From: Tubulanus polymorphus
Taxonomy: Eukaryota; Animalia; Nemertea
NCBI RefSeq assembly: GCF_964204645.1
Contig: NC_134031.1
Location: 19,041,910 to 19,105,909, forward strand
Length of the DNA stretch: 64,000 nucleotides
Reading direction: 5' to 3'
Shown here: piece after piece, positions 11,401 through 22,597 of the stretch
How the letters are laid out: each line of letters begins with the position of its first letter
How positions within the stretch are numbered: position 1 is the stretch's first letter
The notes under the pieces: model-generated
What the model was told of the DNA's origin: nothing
What the model saw: only the letters and a program-made list of their open reading frames with translations
Databases searched by the model: none
Translations under genes and position numbers: made by a program

Positions 11401-14400
11401 TACTAACCATGCGCTAGACCAGTTCCTTTCAGAGATATTGACGCTCACTCGAATTAGATTAAAAACGGTGGTTAGAATTGGGGGCAGATGCAAAGATAAA
11501 AAGTTGGAAAGAATTACACTTAAAAGTCATCGAAGAAATCCGCATTACCATAGAAGTCATAGAAGTAATGGTAGAGATCTGTTAAAAATTAATAACGGTT
11601 TGAGCGATGTGCAGGCAGAATCAAAATACCTAAAATCAATGTTGAAAAATGTGTACGTGTTTAACATTACTGTGGGTGATTTGATGCAACAAGCAGTTGC
11701 TGGGCATAGACAACAATTTCTTGTTCCACGCTGCTCCATTCAAGAGACCATTATTTATTGGGTCTTGGGCAAAGATATAATGGCTGTAGTCAAGGCAAAG
11801 ATGGATGTGCAGAACGATGGTGAAGTGATTATTGAAGATATCCCAGATGAAGATATCCCATATGACGATATCCCAGATGAAGATATCCTATATGAAGATA
11901 TCCAAGATGAAGATATCCTATATGCACATATCCCAGATGAAGATGAACCAGAGGAAGTGATGGAAGTAGACGAACGACCAGCAGCAGAATCAGTTTTAGA
12001 TGAAATTCTGCCTGAACCCGGTGAAGATGAAGCCATTGACGTCGCGGAAGAAGCACAACTGATAACCGATGAAAGGTTTATATATGATGATATACATAAT
12101 GAGATATACGATGATCAGAATATTAACAATGATATAAGCCATTATAACAAAGAGTTTTTGCTAGATAAACGAGCACTTATGAATCCGTTATGGCCAGTTA
12201 AAGATCTGCTGAAAGAGCTAAATGCGTTAGGATGCCGGATCCAAGAGCGGAAGCTTTTGAATGTCGATTACCGAAGCCGAAGGATGAACATGAACATCTG
12301 GTCTATGAATATGGAAGAGCGTCTATTGTTGTATCTGTCATGGTATAAGGCAGCTAGATCCACTTGGCAAACACGATTGGAATCGTTAGAGATAACGAGT
12401 CTGTCGTTACAGGACGAGAAAGAGAAAGCTTATTTAGAGACGGACCAGTTCATTTTACAAAGTGCAGATATCATTGCTATGACGACCACCGGTGCATCAA
12501 AATTCAGTCATCTGATAGAAGCAGTTTGTCCAAAGATCGTCATCGTAGAGGAAAGTGCTGAAGTGTTGGAAGCGCACATCGTTACGTCACTAACAGTCGG
12601 TTGTGAACATCTAATACTAATTGGTGACCATAAACAACTGCGACCAAAACCAACAGATTTCGAATTAGCTCGCGATTATAACCTCGATATATCGTTCTTC
12701 GAGAGGCTTCAGAAGAATGGCCAACCCATCAAAACTCTTCAATTACAGCATAGAATGCGTCCTGAAATCTCTCGTTTACTAGTACCACATATATATGAAT
12801 CACTGATCGATCACGATTCTGTGAAAGATTTCGATGATATAAAAGGTTTTGAGACAAATATGTTCTTCTTGAACCACAGTGAAAGTGAAAAAGCTGAAAT
12901 CGAAGGATGCAGTCATAGTAATGATTTTGAAGCAGAAATGGTAAAAGCCATGAGCAAATACATTCTAATGCAGGGTTATCGACCAGACCAGATAACCGTT
13001 CTAACGCCATACGTTGGTCAGATGTTTGCCATAAAGAACATTTTGCCACGAAGGGAATTTGAAGGTATTCGAATTACTCCCATCGACAACTTCCAAGGCG
13101 AAGAAAATGATATCATAATTTTCAGTTTTGTGCGAAGCAACAAAATGGAGAAAATAGGATTTCTGAATACGCAGAACAGAATATGTGTTGCATTATCTAG
13201 GGCTAAAAAGGGATTCTATTGCTTGGGAAACTTTAAACTCTACGCAAAGAAATGTCGAGTTTGGAGAGATATTGTTACGGATCTCGAAGAAGCTGGAAAG
13301 ATTGGAAGTCATTTGACGTTAATTTGTCAAAATCACCCAAATACAAAAACACGTGTGACGACACCAGAGGATTTTGAAAAATGTCCATTTGGTGGCTGCC
13401 AAGAAAGCTGTTCTACGATGACATGTGGCCATAAATGTCCATTTAAATGCCATAAAGGCGACCATGTGGGCAAGTATAGATGTAGAGAAAAATGTCTACG
13501 TAGTTGTGAAGCAGCTGGCCATATTTGTAAAAAACTGTGTTTTGAAGAATGCTCTCCATGCCCAGAAGATTGCACTGAAGAAATAGAATGTGGCCATATA
13601 TGTCAACGTAAATGTGGAGATGTTTGCACAACCCGCTGTGCGATGCCATGTTCCAAAAGTCTACCTTGTTCTCACCAGTGTAAGAAGTTGTGCTATGAGC
13701 CATGTGAATGTTCTGAACCATGCGAGAAGGATTTAGAATGTGGTCATAGATGTGACAGACATTGCAGTGCTCCTTGTACGCCGCGTTGTACACGTCCATG
13801 TTTAAAGAGTCTACCATGCTCTCATCAGTGTCAGGAGTTGTGCTATGAGCCGTGTGAATGTTCTGAACCATGCGAGAAGGATTTAGAATGTGGTCATAGA
13901 TGCGACAGACATTGCAGTGCTCCTTGTACACTGCGTTGTACACGTCCATGTTTAAAGAGTCTACCATGCTCTCATCAGTGTCAGGAGTTGTGCTATGAGC
14001 CGTGTGAATGTTCTGAACCATGCGAGAAGGATTTAGAATGTGGTCATAGATGCGACAGACATTGCAGTGCTCCTTGTACACTGCGTTGTACACGTCCATG
14101 TTTAAAGAGTCTACCATGCTCTCATCAGTGTCAGGAGTTGTGCCATGAGCCGTGTGAATGTTTTGAACCATGTGAGAAGGATTTAGAATGCGGTCATGAA
14201 TGTCGTAATCGTTGCAGTGTTCCTTGCACGACTCGATGCCGGATGCCATGTTCCAAGACTTTACTATGTGGACATCAGTGTACGAAATTGTGTTATGCTA
14301 CATGTGGCAAATGCTTGACATTCATTACAGTTGAACTAGAATGTAGCCATACTTTGGAAAAGGTTTGCCACAAAGAAGCAACACAGGCTGATTGTGAGAC

Positions 14401-15891
14401 GCTTATGAAAACAACATTGTCTTGTTCTCATAAGATGCGTGTAAAATGTTGCCAATTGCTCGATAAGGCATCTATCAAGTGCGAAAAAATTGTTTCAAAA
14501 GCATTACCTTGCGATCATCAATTGTGGGGGAAATGTGGTGAATCAAATGAATCCATAGATTGTCAAGTGAAAGTGAAATATGAATTGCAGTGCGGTCATA
14601 ACAGATATATAGAATGCTGGCGTTATACGAAATATGAAAATCAAACTAATGACCTTCATGGAGCCGACTTATACTGCAGTGTGATGTGTAAAAGAAAACT
14701 ATTATGTGGCCATGAAATTTTGGCTGAATGTTCACAAAATTCAACGAACCAATCACATTGCAAAAGAGAGTGCGAGGCTCGTTGCTGGCACACAAGATGC
14801 AGGAATAATTGCAATGAGCGATGCTGGGTTTGTCGTCGTCCTTGCGGTTGGGAATGCAGTCATCAAAGATGCTCTAAAACCTGCTTCGAAGTATGCGACA
14901 GGAAACCCTGCGATGAACCGTGTAATCAGAAGACTATATGCGGACATGACTGTATGGGTTACTGCGGTGAACCTTGTCCGTTGATTTGTGGCAAATGCGG
15001 AACAGCAGCTGACCCACCCAGTGAAAGGGATCGCTACGTGTCACTGTATCCTTGTGGTCACAGTTTCCTCAGGTCAGTCATTGACCAGCATATGAAAATC
15101 AAGCATCGAGGTGGAATGAAAGTTGTGAATGTCCGTTGCTGTCCGTTGTCCAAATGCAGGAAACCTATTCTGTTTTGTCCACGATATAGTCATGTAATCA
15201 AGAATTATTTCCATGCAAAATACTTCCTCCATAGGAATGTACTCAACGGTGATTGGTTATGCTGTAAAAAATGTGGTAAGACAAATTTGAACACATATAG
15301 GGCTGCATGCGCAATGATAACTTCACTATCTCGCTGAAGTATTTTCCATAGCGAGTCAATATGAATCACCATTACGATCTAGCGCTTCATCTTCATTTAT
15401 ATGTACTTCTTTGTAACGTCATAGGATCCATCGATATAACCATGGACGTATAAACTAGTTTATACATCCATGATATAACATACATTACATTCGCGTTACA
15501 GGTTACTACATGGTTTCGGATCTTCAAGATCCTAGATGTGATCGTTGTGAGGGAAGATCATTGCGTAGAAAAAGACCGAGATCAACGCAGATTAGTAAGT
15601 TGACACGATGAAAATAAGATACCGGTAATGTTGAAATAAAACTACATGTATGATTACAGAATTGTTCAGTGCCAGTGACGCGTGGCTTTAGACGTACGTT
15701 GTATTTCTACACAAATATGGAATATTTCTTTTTACACTCGTTTATATCAAGATGGCGCTTATCTTAGAAAATACGACATACATGTATTATTTCTTTCAGC
15801 ACACGGCGAATATGCGTCCCGTTACTCGGGAATTCGGAGCAGCAGTAGATACGCTCATAGGAACTCGCAGAAGAGATTTCGCCGTTGGTAA
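8437..15891 (+). CDS. ZNFX1: RRM-containing ZNFX1-family protein (RRM + SF1/Upf1-like helicase + NF-X1-type zinc fingers + RING-like + degenerate RZ-like finger). Exons 8437-8547, 8774-8881, 8965-9007, 9186-9279, 9660-9755, 9838-15275, 15502-15594, possibly 15670-15693, 15800-15891; unspliced read-through stops at 15337
   Basis: ORF 9803-15337 has QFQLLREDFIRP, Walker A QGPPGTGKT, YTNHALDQF, Walker B IVEESAEV, LIGDHKQLRP, QHRMRPEIS, DNFQGEEND, VALSRAK and many CGH/CSH zinc fingers. Upstream exons join in frame with GT-AG and matching phases. The last two exons are less certain. Confidence 0.92.
8636..8732. mobile_element. 97-bp hairpin element (38-bp arms) with 9-bp TSD, in ZNFX1 intron
   Basis: catcctcccgcggcagggattcgaacctgatggcatcg ... 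cgatgccatcaggttcgaatccctgccgtgggaggatg; flanks gttcaaact / gttcaaagt. Confidence 0.75.
11834..11946 (+). repeat. 30-bp coding repeat (EDIPDEDIxY) x about 4 inside ZNFX1 helicase insertion
   Basis: gaagatatcccagatgaagatatccYatat units. Confidence 0.85.
13646..14280 (+). repeat. 150-bp coding tandem repeat (50-aa double zinc-finger unit) x about 4
   Basis: tttaaagagtctaccatgct recurs at 13801, 13951 and 14101, with diverged copies at 13651 and 14251. Confidence 0.95.
15441..15472. mobile_element. 32-bp palindrome with 7-bp TSD (P-element-like footprint)
   Basis: atataac|catggacgtataaactagtttatacatccatg|atataac. Confidence 0.7.
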
Positions 15892-18449
15892 CACATATGT
15901 TTGTGAACATGTGCACGGGTTAGATACAATCGTGTTTCTTCAAGCGATGTGTAAATTGAATATATCTTATATACCAGAGAATATAGTTTCATGGATGGCC
16001 AGTTACTTTTTTGAAAGCTTACAAGGAAAAAGCTAGCGATAGCACCTGTATTTGGAAAGTACCCGGCATATCCTGTCATGATTATGTCTATCGCTGCACG
16101 CATTGAGGAAACTCATTATCTACCTGTATATCGAGCTTGGACGATACCGAAATATCTTAATCAATATTAGGCTGGATCAAAAAGGAATAGAAAGAAAGAG
16201 CACTTTTTTCTCCATATTATGATCGGTATTTAGATAAGCAAACTAATATATTTTACTATTAACGTAATTTTCTCGATTTAACTATACAAATAGAATATCA
16301 CGTAATACGTAGGTAGTGTTTTTGTAAATTAGTTGTTGATACAGCCGTGAAGGTGCGCAATTTCGCCATAAAATGTTAAACTGAAACTGAAACTGTATTT
16401 AGGCCTAAAGCCTATTGTAATATTGTAGCTTTATATTTTATAGCTTAGTCATAGAATTGTTTTTATCAAAAGGTTGATATAATCATCGTAACGCAACAAG
16501 GTTCGACTGGAGTAAGGTCGAACAAGAGATTGTGGAGTCGACTGTAGAAGTATAATGTTGTTGCTGTCGTGGTAAAGAGAATAAATCCTTATCTGTAAAG
16601 GATCCGTTGTTTTCCTTGTTAATTTGTTCTACACATTTAAGTTTTGATTCTCTAAGCAACAATTAAGTTAATGGAAAGGAGTATGATACAACAGTGCAGA
16701 AAACTTAATGGCTGGTGAAATTGCGCGATAACGTAAGAGATTTGGCTTGTAAATACGACATTATCAACATCATGTCGTAGCTGAATACCCGTCCAATGGA
16801 CGGCTGGTTAGGCGCATGGGTGCGTTGGTCGCGAGAATCTCCTTTCGCATAATCCCGAGTTCTGCTATTTTTGTATACGAAATACATTCATCTTTTATTG
16901 GCTGGGAAATGCATCTAAATGCTTCAATGTTCTGGAGTCTTGGACAAACCCCCGTAAGTATACCTGTGGTTTAATTTATCGATCGGATATCTTTACAAAG
17001 CCTATCCACTTATAAGAATCTTCCCCCAACCACCACCAGGACACTAATAACTGTGGATCCCTTGATGGCGAACACATCTTTTTTAATCGAAGTTTGACTA
17101 CCTTGGACTGCCAGTCTTGCAACTTAACAATTGGAAAAACTGGCGTTAAGCATCAGTAAAACGACTTTTTAGTAAATGCATTAATTTCTCTTTGGCAATA
17201 TAACGTGCCTTTTAGGCAATTGATTCAATTTAATGTGCCCTTTTTGGCAATTGATTCATATTCTAATTCATGACAGGGCATTCACCTTGGACATAGGTCC
17301 TGACGTCGGATTATGGGGCGCTGTAGCGGGCCGGGTGGTATTTTTATGAGAATATTTTTGAAAAGGGCACTTTGACAAATTTAAGGGGTCGCACGTGCCG
17401 CGGGTGCGACCCCTGTATCCGCCCAAGTCACGAGAAAGAGGACATTCAGACAATCACTGTTGAAATGGGGTAATAAAGGTATAAACAGGTATTCCTCTCC
17501 TCACTTGAATAAATTGAGCCAGCTCCCGGTCTATAAGTATATTCACAGGGGCTCGTATTTGAAGTTTGGGGTTGTGAACTGTTGCTTAGATCATCCAATA
17601 TCCAAGGTACTTCTAAACCTCTAAAGAATTTTGTGACCAAATGAGAGAAATATGTTTTTCCGCGTTGAAGAATTTATTCCGTTTTTCTATAAATTACAAT
17701 AGTGAAGAATTATCAAAAATATTTGCAGAGTAAACGAGACACAACGATTGATTCCCGATGAATTACACAATAACTGAGCATAATCATCACATTAATATAC
17801 ATTGTGTTATAATGATCTAAAAACATTTGAAATAAATTTTTTACAATTCATCAATCGGAACTTTGATTCATGAAATACACAATCGGGACATTAAACTCAT
17901 TTAGCTTCCGGCACCTTTCATAAAGTACGTTCCAAAAGCTTTGCAGATTTTCAATGTATGCCACTTTAAAAGCGTTATTTACACAGGAAGAAGTGGTCAG
18001 TTCTCGTACCCCTCTCCTCATGAATGCGTTGGTTACTTTACGAATGGCCCTTCTTTAATCTAACTAACAGCTGTGTTTGATTGCAGAACCACCAAACCCT
18101 AGAGAGACTAAAGAAAATACACTGTTCTAACATATCAGGGAATCCAAAATTCCCTGATTTTCCCTGATGCCTGATTATAAGATATTTTTGTGGGAGCTAT
18201 TTCTTATGAAGAGGCTTGTGCCACTTGTCACCAGCAAGAACAAGACACAAAAAATTCAGATTTTTTTCAGATTTTCAAGAAAACAGTCAGAATTCCCCGA
18301 TTTTCACTTCAGGGAAAAATAAATCCAGAATTCCCTAATTTGTAAGAACCCTAGACCTGGTTCCACAGTTTGATAAAGTCAATTTCAATGAGTTGACTAT
18401 TGAATCAAATCTAAAACCAAGTCCTTCACATGAACGAACGAAGCCGCTT

Positions 18450-19520
18450 TCAAGGAATAGATGAATTATCTCTGATACAACATTGCGACGGCAGAACGCT
18501 CCAGTTATAAATATAAGAATTTAATAATTTGAATTGTTTCGCGCACAATTTATTCTTATTCACTAAATTCGAATGTAACTCGTTCAGTTGTTCGATCGTC
18601 TTTTTATGCGTGATTAAATAATCATCGTGGCAACCGCGCGATCGGTACTCGGTGTCGAAACGCGGGTCGTGCAGACGGTTTATCTCGAGCGGCGCGAGCC
18701 ACGCGCCGACCGACACGTCCTCGCTTTTATACCGTTTCAAATACGGCGCCGTAGCCGCGAGATAGTGAACCAGATCGGCGGAGATTACGTAACCTCCTCC
18801 GCGCGCGTACGGTAAATATCGGTCGCATAAAACCCAGTCTTTCTCGGCCCACTGACCGGTGTGTTTGACGCGACCGTTCCCGTAGAAGAATCCCCAGTAT
18901 AACCGCTGCGTACGTTTCCGTTTCAGCTCGTCGAAAATCGGACGCAATCGCACGTAGCTATCGTCGTCCGTTTTCAACACGTAACGATAATCCACGTTCG
19001 AGTCCAACCAGACGAACGTCTTCAGGACTTTATCCGTTAATTTATCGTAACCGTCGTGCACGTCCGACAGCAAGATCAAATCGTCGTGGACGGAATTCTC
19101 TTTTTTTAAATGCGCGACGGCCTCCGGCGCGAGCGCTTTCGTCCCGATCGCGAAGTAGACTTTCGCGTCGCCGCGGTGAGTCCGATTAACCACGGTCGAC
19201 GCCCACGTTTTACGGATCGCCATTCGCTGTTTGAAATTCGCGGGACTCGTCACGACGACCGCGACCAGGAACGCGTACGACCGACTCTCCGATCCGCGTA
19301 ACGCCGATTTCCATAAAGAGCGGCCGGACTGGTCATGGGCTCGAGCGTGGTCGACGTAATTTATCGGTTGGTTTTCGCCGATCCCGCACATCATCGTGTA
19401 AACGACTCCGCTGAGGAAGAGAAATACTGCACCGATCATGAGAGTCGTAGCGTGTCGGTTCAACTGCTGATAAATACCGACTCCCGTACGATCTCCTCGA
19501 TGATGATAGTTATTATACAT
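18450..19520 (-). CDS. B3GALT6: Beta-1,3-galactosyltransferase 6 (GT31), single coding exon
   Basis: Type II TM segment; RMAIRKTW, LKTDDDSYV, LYWGFF, WVLCDRYLPYARGGGYV, EDVSVGAWL, DPRFDTEYRSRGC, YIYNWSVLPSQCC. Confidence 0.95.
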   Translation of the reverse strand: MYNNYHHRGDRTGVGIYQQLNRHATTLMIGAVFLFLSGVVYTMMCGIGENQPINYVDHARAHDQSGRSLWKSALRGSESRSYAFLVAVVVTSPANFKQRMAIRKTWASTVVNRTHRGDAKVYFAIGTKALAPEAVAHLKKENSVHDDLILLSDVHDGYDKLTDKVLKTFVWLDSNVDYRYVLKTDDDSYVRLRPIFDELKRKRTQRLYWGFFYGNGRVKHTGQWAEKDWVLCDRYLPYARGGGYVISADLVHYLAATAPYLKRYKSEDVSVGAWLAPLEINRLHDPRFDTEYRSRGCHDDYLITHKKTIEQLNELHSNLVNKNKLCAKQFKLLNSYIYNWSVLPSQCCIRDNSSIP

Positions 19521-19799
19521 CTCTGATCTTCTTTCTGAGATGGGAAGAAATTCTTACTGTAAAAAAAAAGGGAAAAGATATCTTTACTTTCTAAATGAAT
19601 CACTTGCACTGGACTAGATTGATGATGATGATGGATGAACAAATGAAACGTACAGTTGTAGTAAGTAGTGCAGTGCAGTTGACCTGGCCCTGGGAATTTC
19701 ACTTTTTTTATTTTATTGGAATTAGTAATATTCGAGTTGACACATCAGCAATAATGGAAAAATGTGCAAATGAAAATCTACATTATATTTAACATAGTT

Positions 19800-20120
19800 T
19801 TACCTTCAATTAAGTAGTTAAACCATATTAAAGGCCTTAATTAACTACAAAAAACCTCTTAATATTTATTTGTTAATTCAATGCGCAACAACCTTCAGAT
19901 GTCGAGTATCGCGCGCCCAACTCACACGTATGGAAGCCCTGAGACGACATTCTGCCTTACAAAAAACCCGGTGCCAGCAGGTGCTGACACCACTTCACTG
20001 CGGCTGATCCCAAAACTAACCCGGAAATCAATAATAACCACGAAAGTCTGTGTTCTGGTTTTCCTCTAAATCTTCCCTTATTTCAAAGAACAGAAACTGA
20101 TTGATTGCGCTGATTGTGAG
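19800..20120. promoter_or_regulatory. Probable bidirectional promoter B3GALT6/UBE2J2
   Basis: Head-to-head genes; candidate 5'-UTR splice donors at about 19803 (-) and about 20116 (+); ETS-like ccggaaat at 20021. Confidence 0.5.
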
Positions 20121-20385
20121 TATTTTTCTCGACGATACGAATTTTCTGTATGTTATAAATATAATGATTTTAGAAATGGTCGATGGACAAGTTTTTCAGT
20201 TCAACCTTGTTGGAGTCGGGAGGGAGCCCTTAAGTTAATCTATCTTAAATCAGTCTAAATAAAACACGACGTCGTTAGCCTTGAGTTTTGGTTTCTCTTC
20301 AATCTGTAAACCCTATTGTTTAGACCTGCGCCGCACCGTACCTGACCGTTGTCATGTTCTATCTAGTTCTATATTTTACCGATAG

Positions 20386-22225
20386 ATGGCGTCTAAACGT
20401 ACGAACACGACTGCGACAGCGCGTTTAAAACAGGATTATCTACGTATTATGAAAGATCCCGTTCCTTACATCACCGCAGCACCGCTACCTTCAAATATAC
20501 TAGAATGGTACGTTACAATCGGTATCCACAACAATTCACCATCAGTTTCACAGAACTGTGGAACTGATTATAGGCCTAGGTCCTGTTTGATTGTAAATAG
20601 GTTATGAATTTTGTAAATTATTTATATTTCAGGCATTACGTAGTTTTTGGACCGGAAGATTCTCCTTATGAAGGTTAGTGAGTATAGGCCTAATAATCCG
20701 GTTCTGCAGTTCTCATGGCTCAAATCTCGCCGTCAAAACATCGAACAGTGTTTAACTGTAAGAATGTCAAATATCACCAGAGAACTGTGTGTAATCGGCA
20801 GGGTTCCTAAGATAATGGGAAAAACTTGGAAATTTCTAAATGTGCCTATTTCTGGTCAGGAATATTTGGGAATTTCAGAAATTTTCCTCTAATCCTGGAA
20901 ATGTTTGAAAGAAATTCATCCTCTAAGTTCTCTTTAAATTGTTTGTTTGTTATCTGATGTAGGTGGATTGTATCACGGACGGTTGGTGTTTCCTCGCGAA
21001 TTTCCGTTCAAACCTCCGAGTATCTACATGATTACACCTAATGGTCGATTTAAATGTAACACCAGGTTCGTGATTTCATTAGAAACATGTGACTCAATAT
21101 CTGTTCACAGGGTTGGATTCAGACTTAAGACCTAGTTTGTATTTCCAATTTCAATATTTACTAAGTTTAAGTCCTCAAGCAAGTGTCATCTTGAATCAAT
21201 TGTAAAGTTTTTATCCACAGCTGTTTTGTGCCGTTTGCCAGAATAGATATATATGATAACTAAAGTATAGCCTGGAAAACTGTTACAAAATGTCAGTTAT
21301 GAGAATGGAAAATAGAGGATATTCTGTTTTCCGAGGCCTTTTTTTTCTCTTAAAAAGTGTCCATGGAAATTACATAATATTTTGGCTGATTCTTCAATTG
21401 GCAGGTTGTGTTTATCAATCAGTGATTTTCATCCAGACACGTGGAATCCAGCTTGGTCTGTGTCGACTATTCTAACTGGTTTACTCAGTTTCATGGTGAG
21501 TTGAGTCCTTTATGATCCAACATGCTGCTGTCAAAGTTGTTGTTACTTTTATTTTCTTTATGAGGAAACTGCCTTATTTTCGTTAACGTTTTGTTTTTAT
21601 GTTTTTCAGTTAGAAAAAAGTCCAACATTGGGCAGTATAGAAACATCCGATTTCACTGTAAGTAGCACAACGATTTGAATTTTATCTCCAGATACCTTTC
21701 CATAGTTCGCACTCAATATTTGACTCTATTTTACACATTTTGAAAATGAACTGTGTAACTAGGTCGAGGAATCGATGGCACTATTTAGAAAATGGTCAAA
21801 ATAATGTTCTCTTACGATTTACAGAAGCGTCAATTGGCCGCACAGAGTGGAGAATTTAATCTTAGAAATAAAACATTTTGCGAAATATTTCCGATTGTCG
21901 AAAAGGTAATTATAGGGTCATTCCAGCAGCCAGGATTCATAGGAACCGTTAATTTAAATGTTTCGCGCTCAAATTTCAAATCGATTTAATTTTTCAGGAG
22001 ATCCGCGAGCGTCTGGCCATCCGTGATCGCGAACTACAACAGAGTACGGATTCTACGTCGACGGCGACGAGCGGGGTTAATCGCGCGTCAGGCGTAGCGC
22101 GGAATCAACCGGCAGCGAACGGACAAGGTTTACTCGCGAGTGCATTAACTAATATCGTCGTCATCGCTGGATTCGCTGCGTTCGCGTGGAGCGTGAAATA
22201 CGTTTTAAGGAGTATAGTCGAATGA
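20386..22225 (+). CDS. UBE2J2: Ubiquitin-conjugating enzyme E2 J2; exons 20386-20507, 20633-20673, 20963-21065, 21405-21495, 21610-21657, 21825-21905, 21998-22225
   Basis: [72 protein letters not shown], C-terminal TM GFAAFAWSVKYVLRSI. Confidence 0.96.
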
Positions 22226-22324
22226 TTCGTGGAAATCACAATTGCCGGTTATTTTGTGATATATCGTACACTTGTCTCCGAGTCGAAGGTGATGGCTGAT
22301 TCATTAGTAGAGCTGTCTGCATTC

Positions 22325-22597
22325 AGCTCCGATCCGCTGTCTGAATCCGGCTCTGGTCCACTGTCTACATCCAGCTCCAGTCCGCTGTCTACATCCAGCT
22401 CTGGTCCGCTGTCTACATCCAGCTCCGGTCCGCTGTCTACATCCAGCTCCGGTCCGCTGTCTACATCCAGCTCCGGTCCGCTGTCTACATCCAGCTCCGG
22501 TCCGCTGTCAACATCCAGCTCCGGTCCGCTGTCTACATCCAGCTCTGGTCCGCTGTCTACATCCAGCTCTGGTCCGCTGTACACATCCAGCTCCGGT
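22325..22597. repeat. 24-bp minisatellite (cagctccggtccgctgtctacatc x about 11) in UBE2J2 3' UTR
   Basis: Directly visible; explains the spurious ORFs on both strands. Confidence 0.95.

Noticed and set aside
13443-14249. 268-aa minus-strand repetitive ORF
   Set aside because: Antisense shadow of the 150-bp ZNFX1 repeat.
15752-16036. 94-aa ORF after ZNFX1
   Set aside because: No recognisable family; overlaps a likely ZNFX1 terminal exon in another frame.
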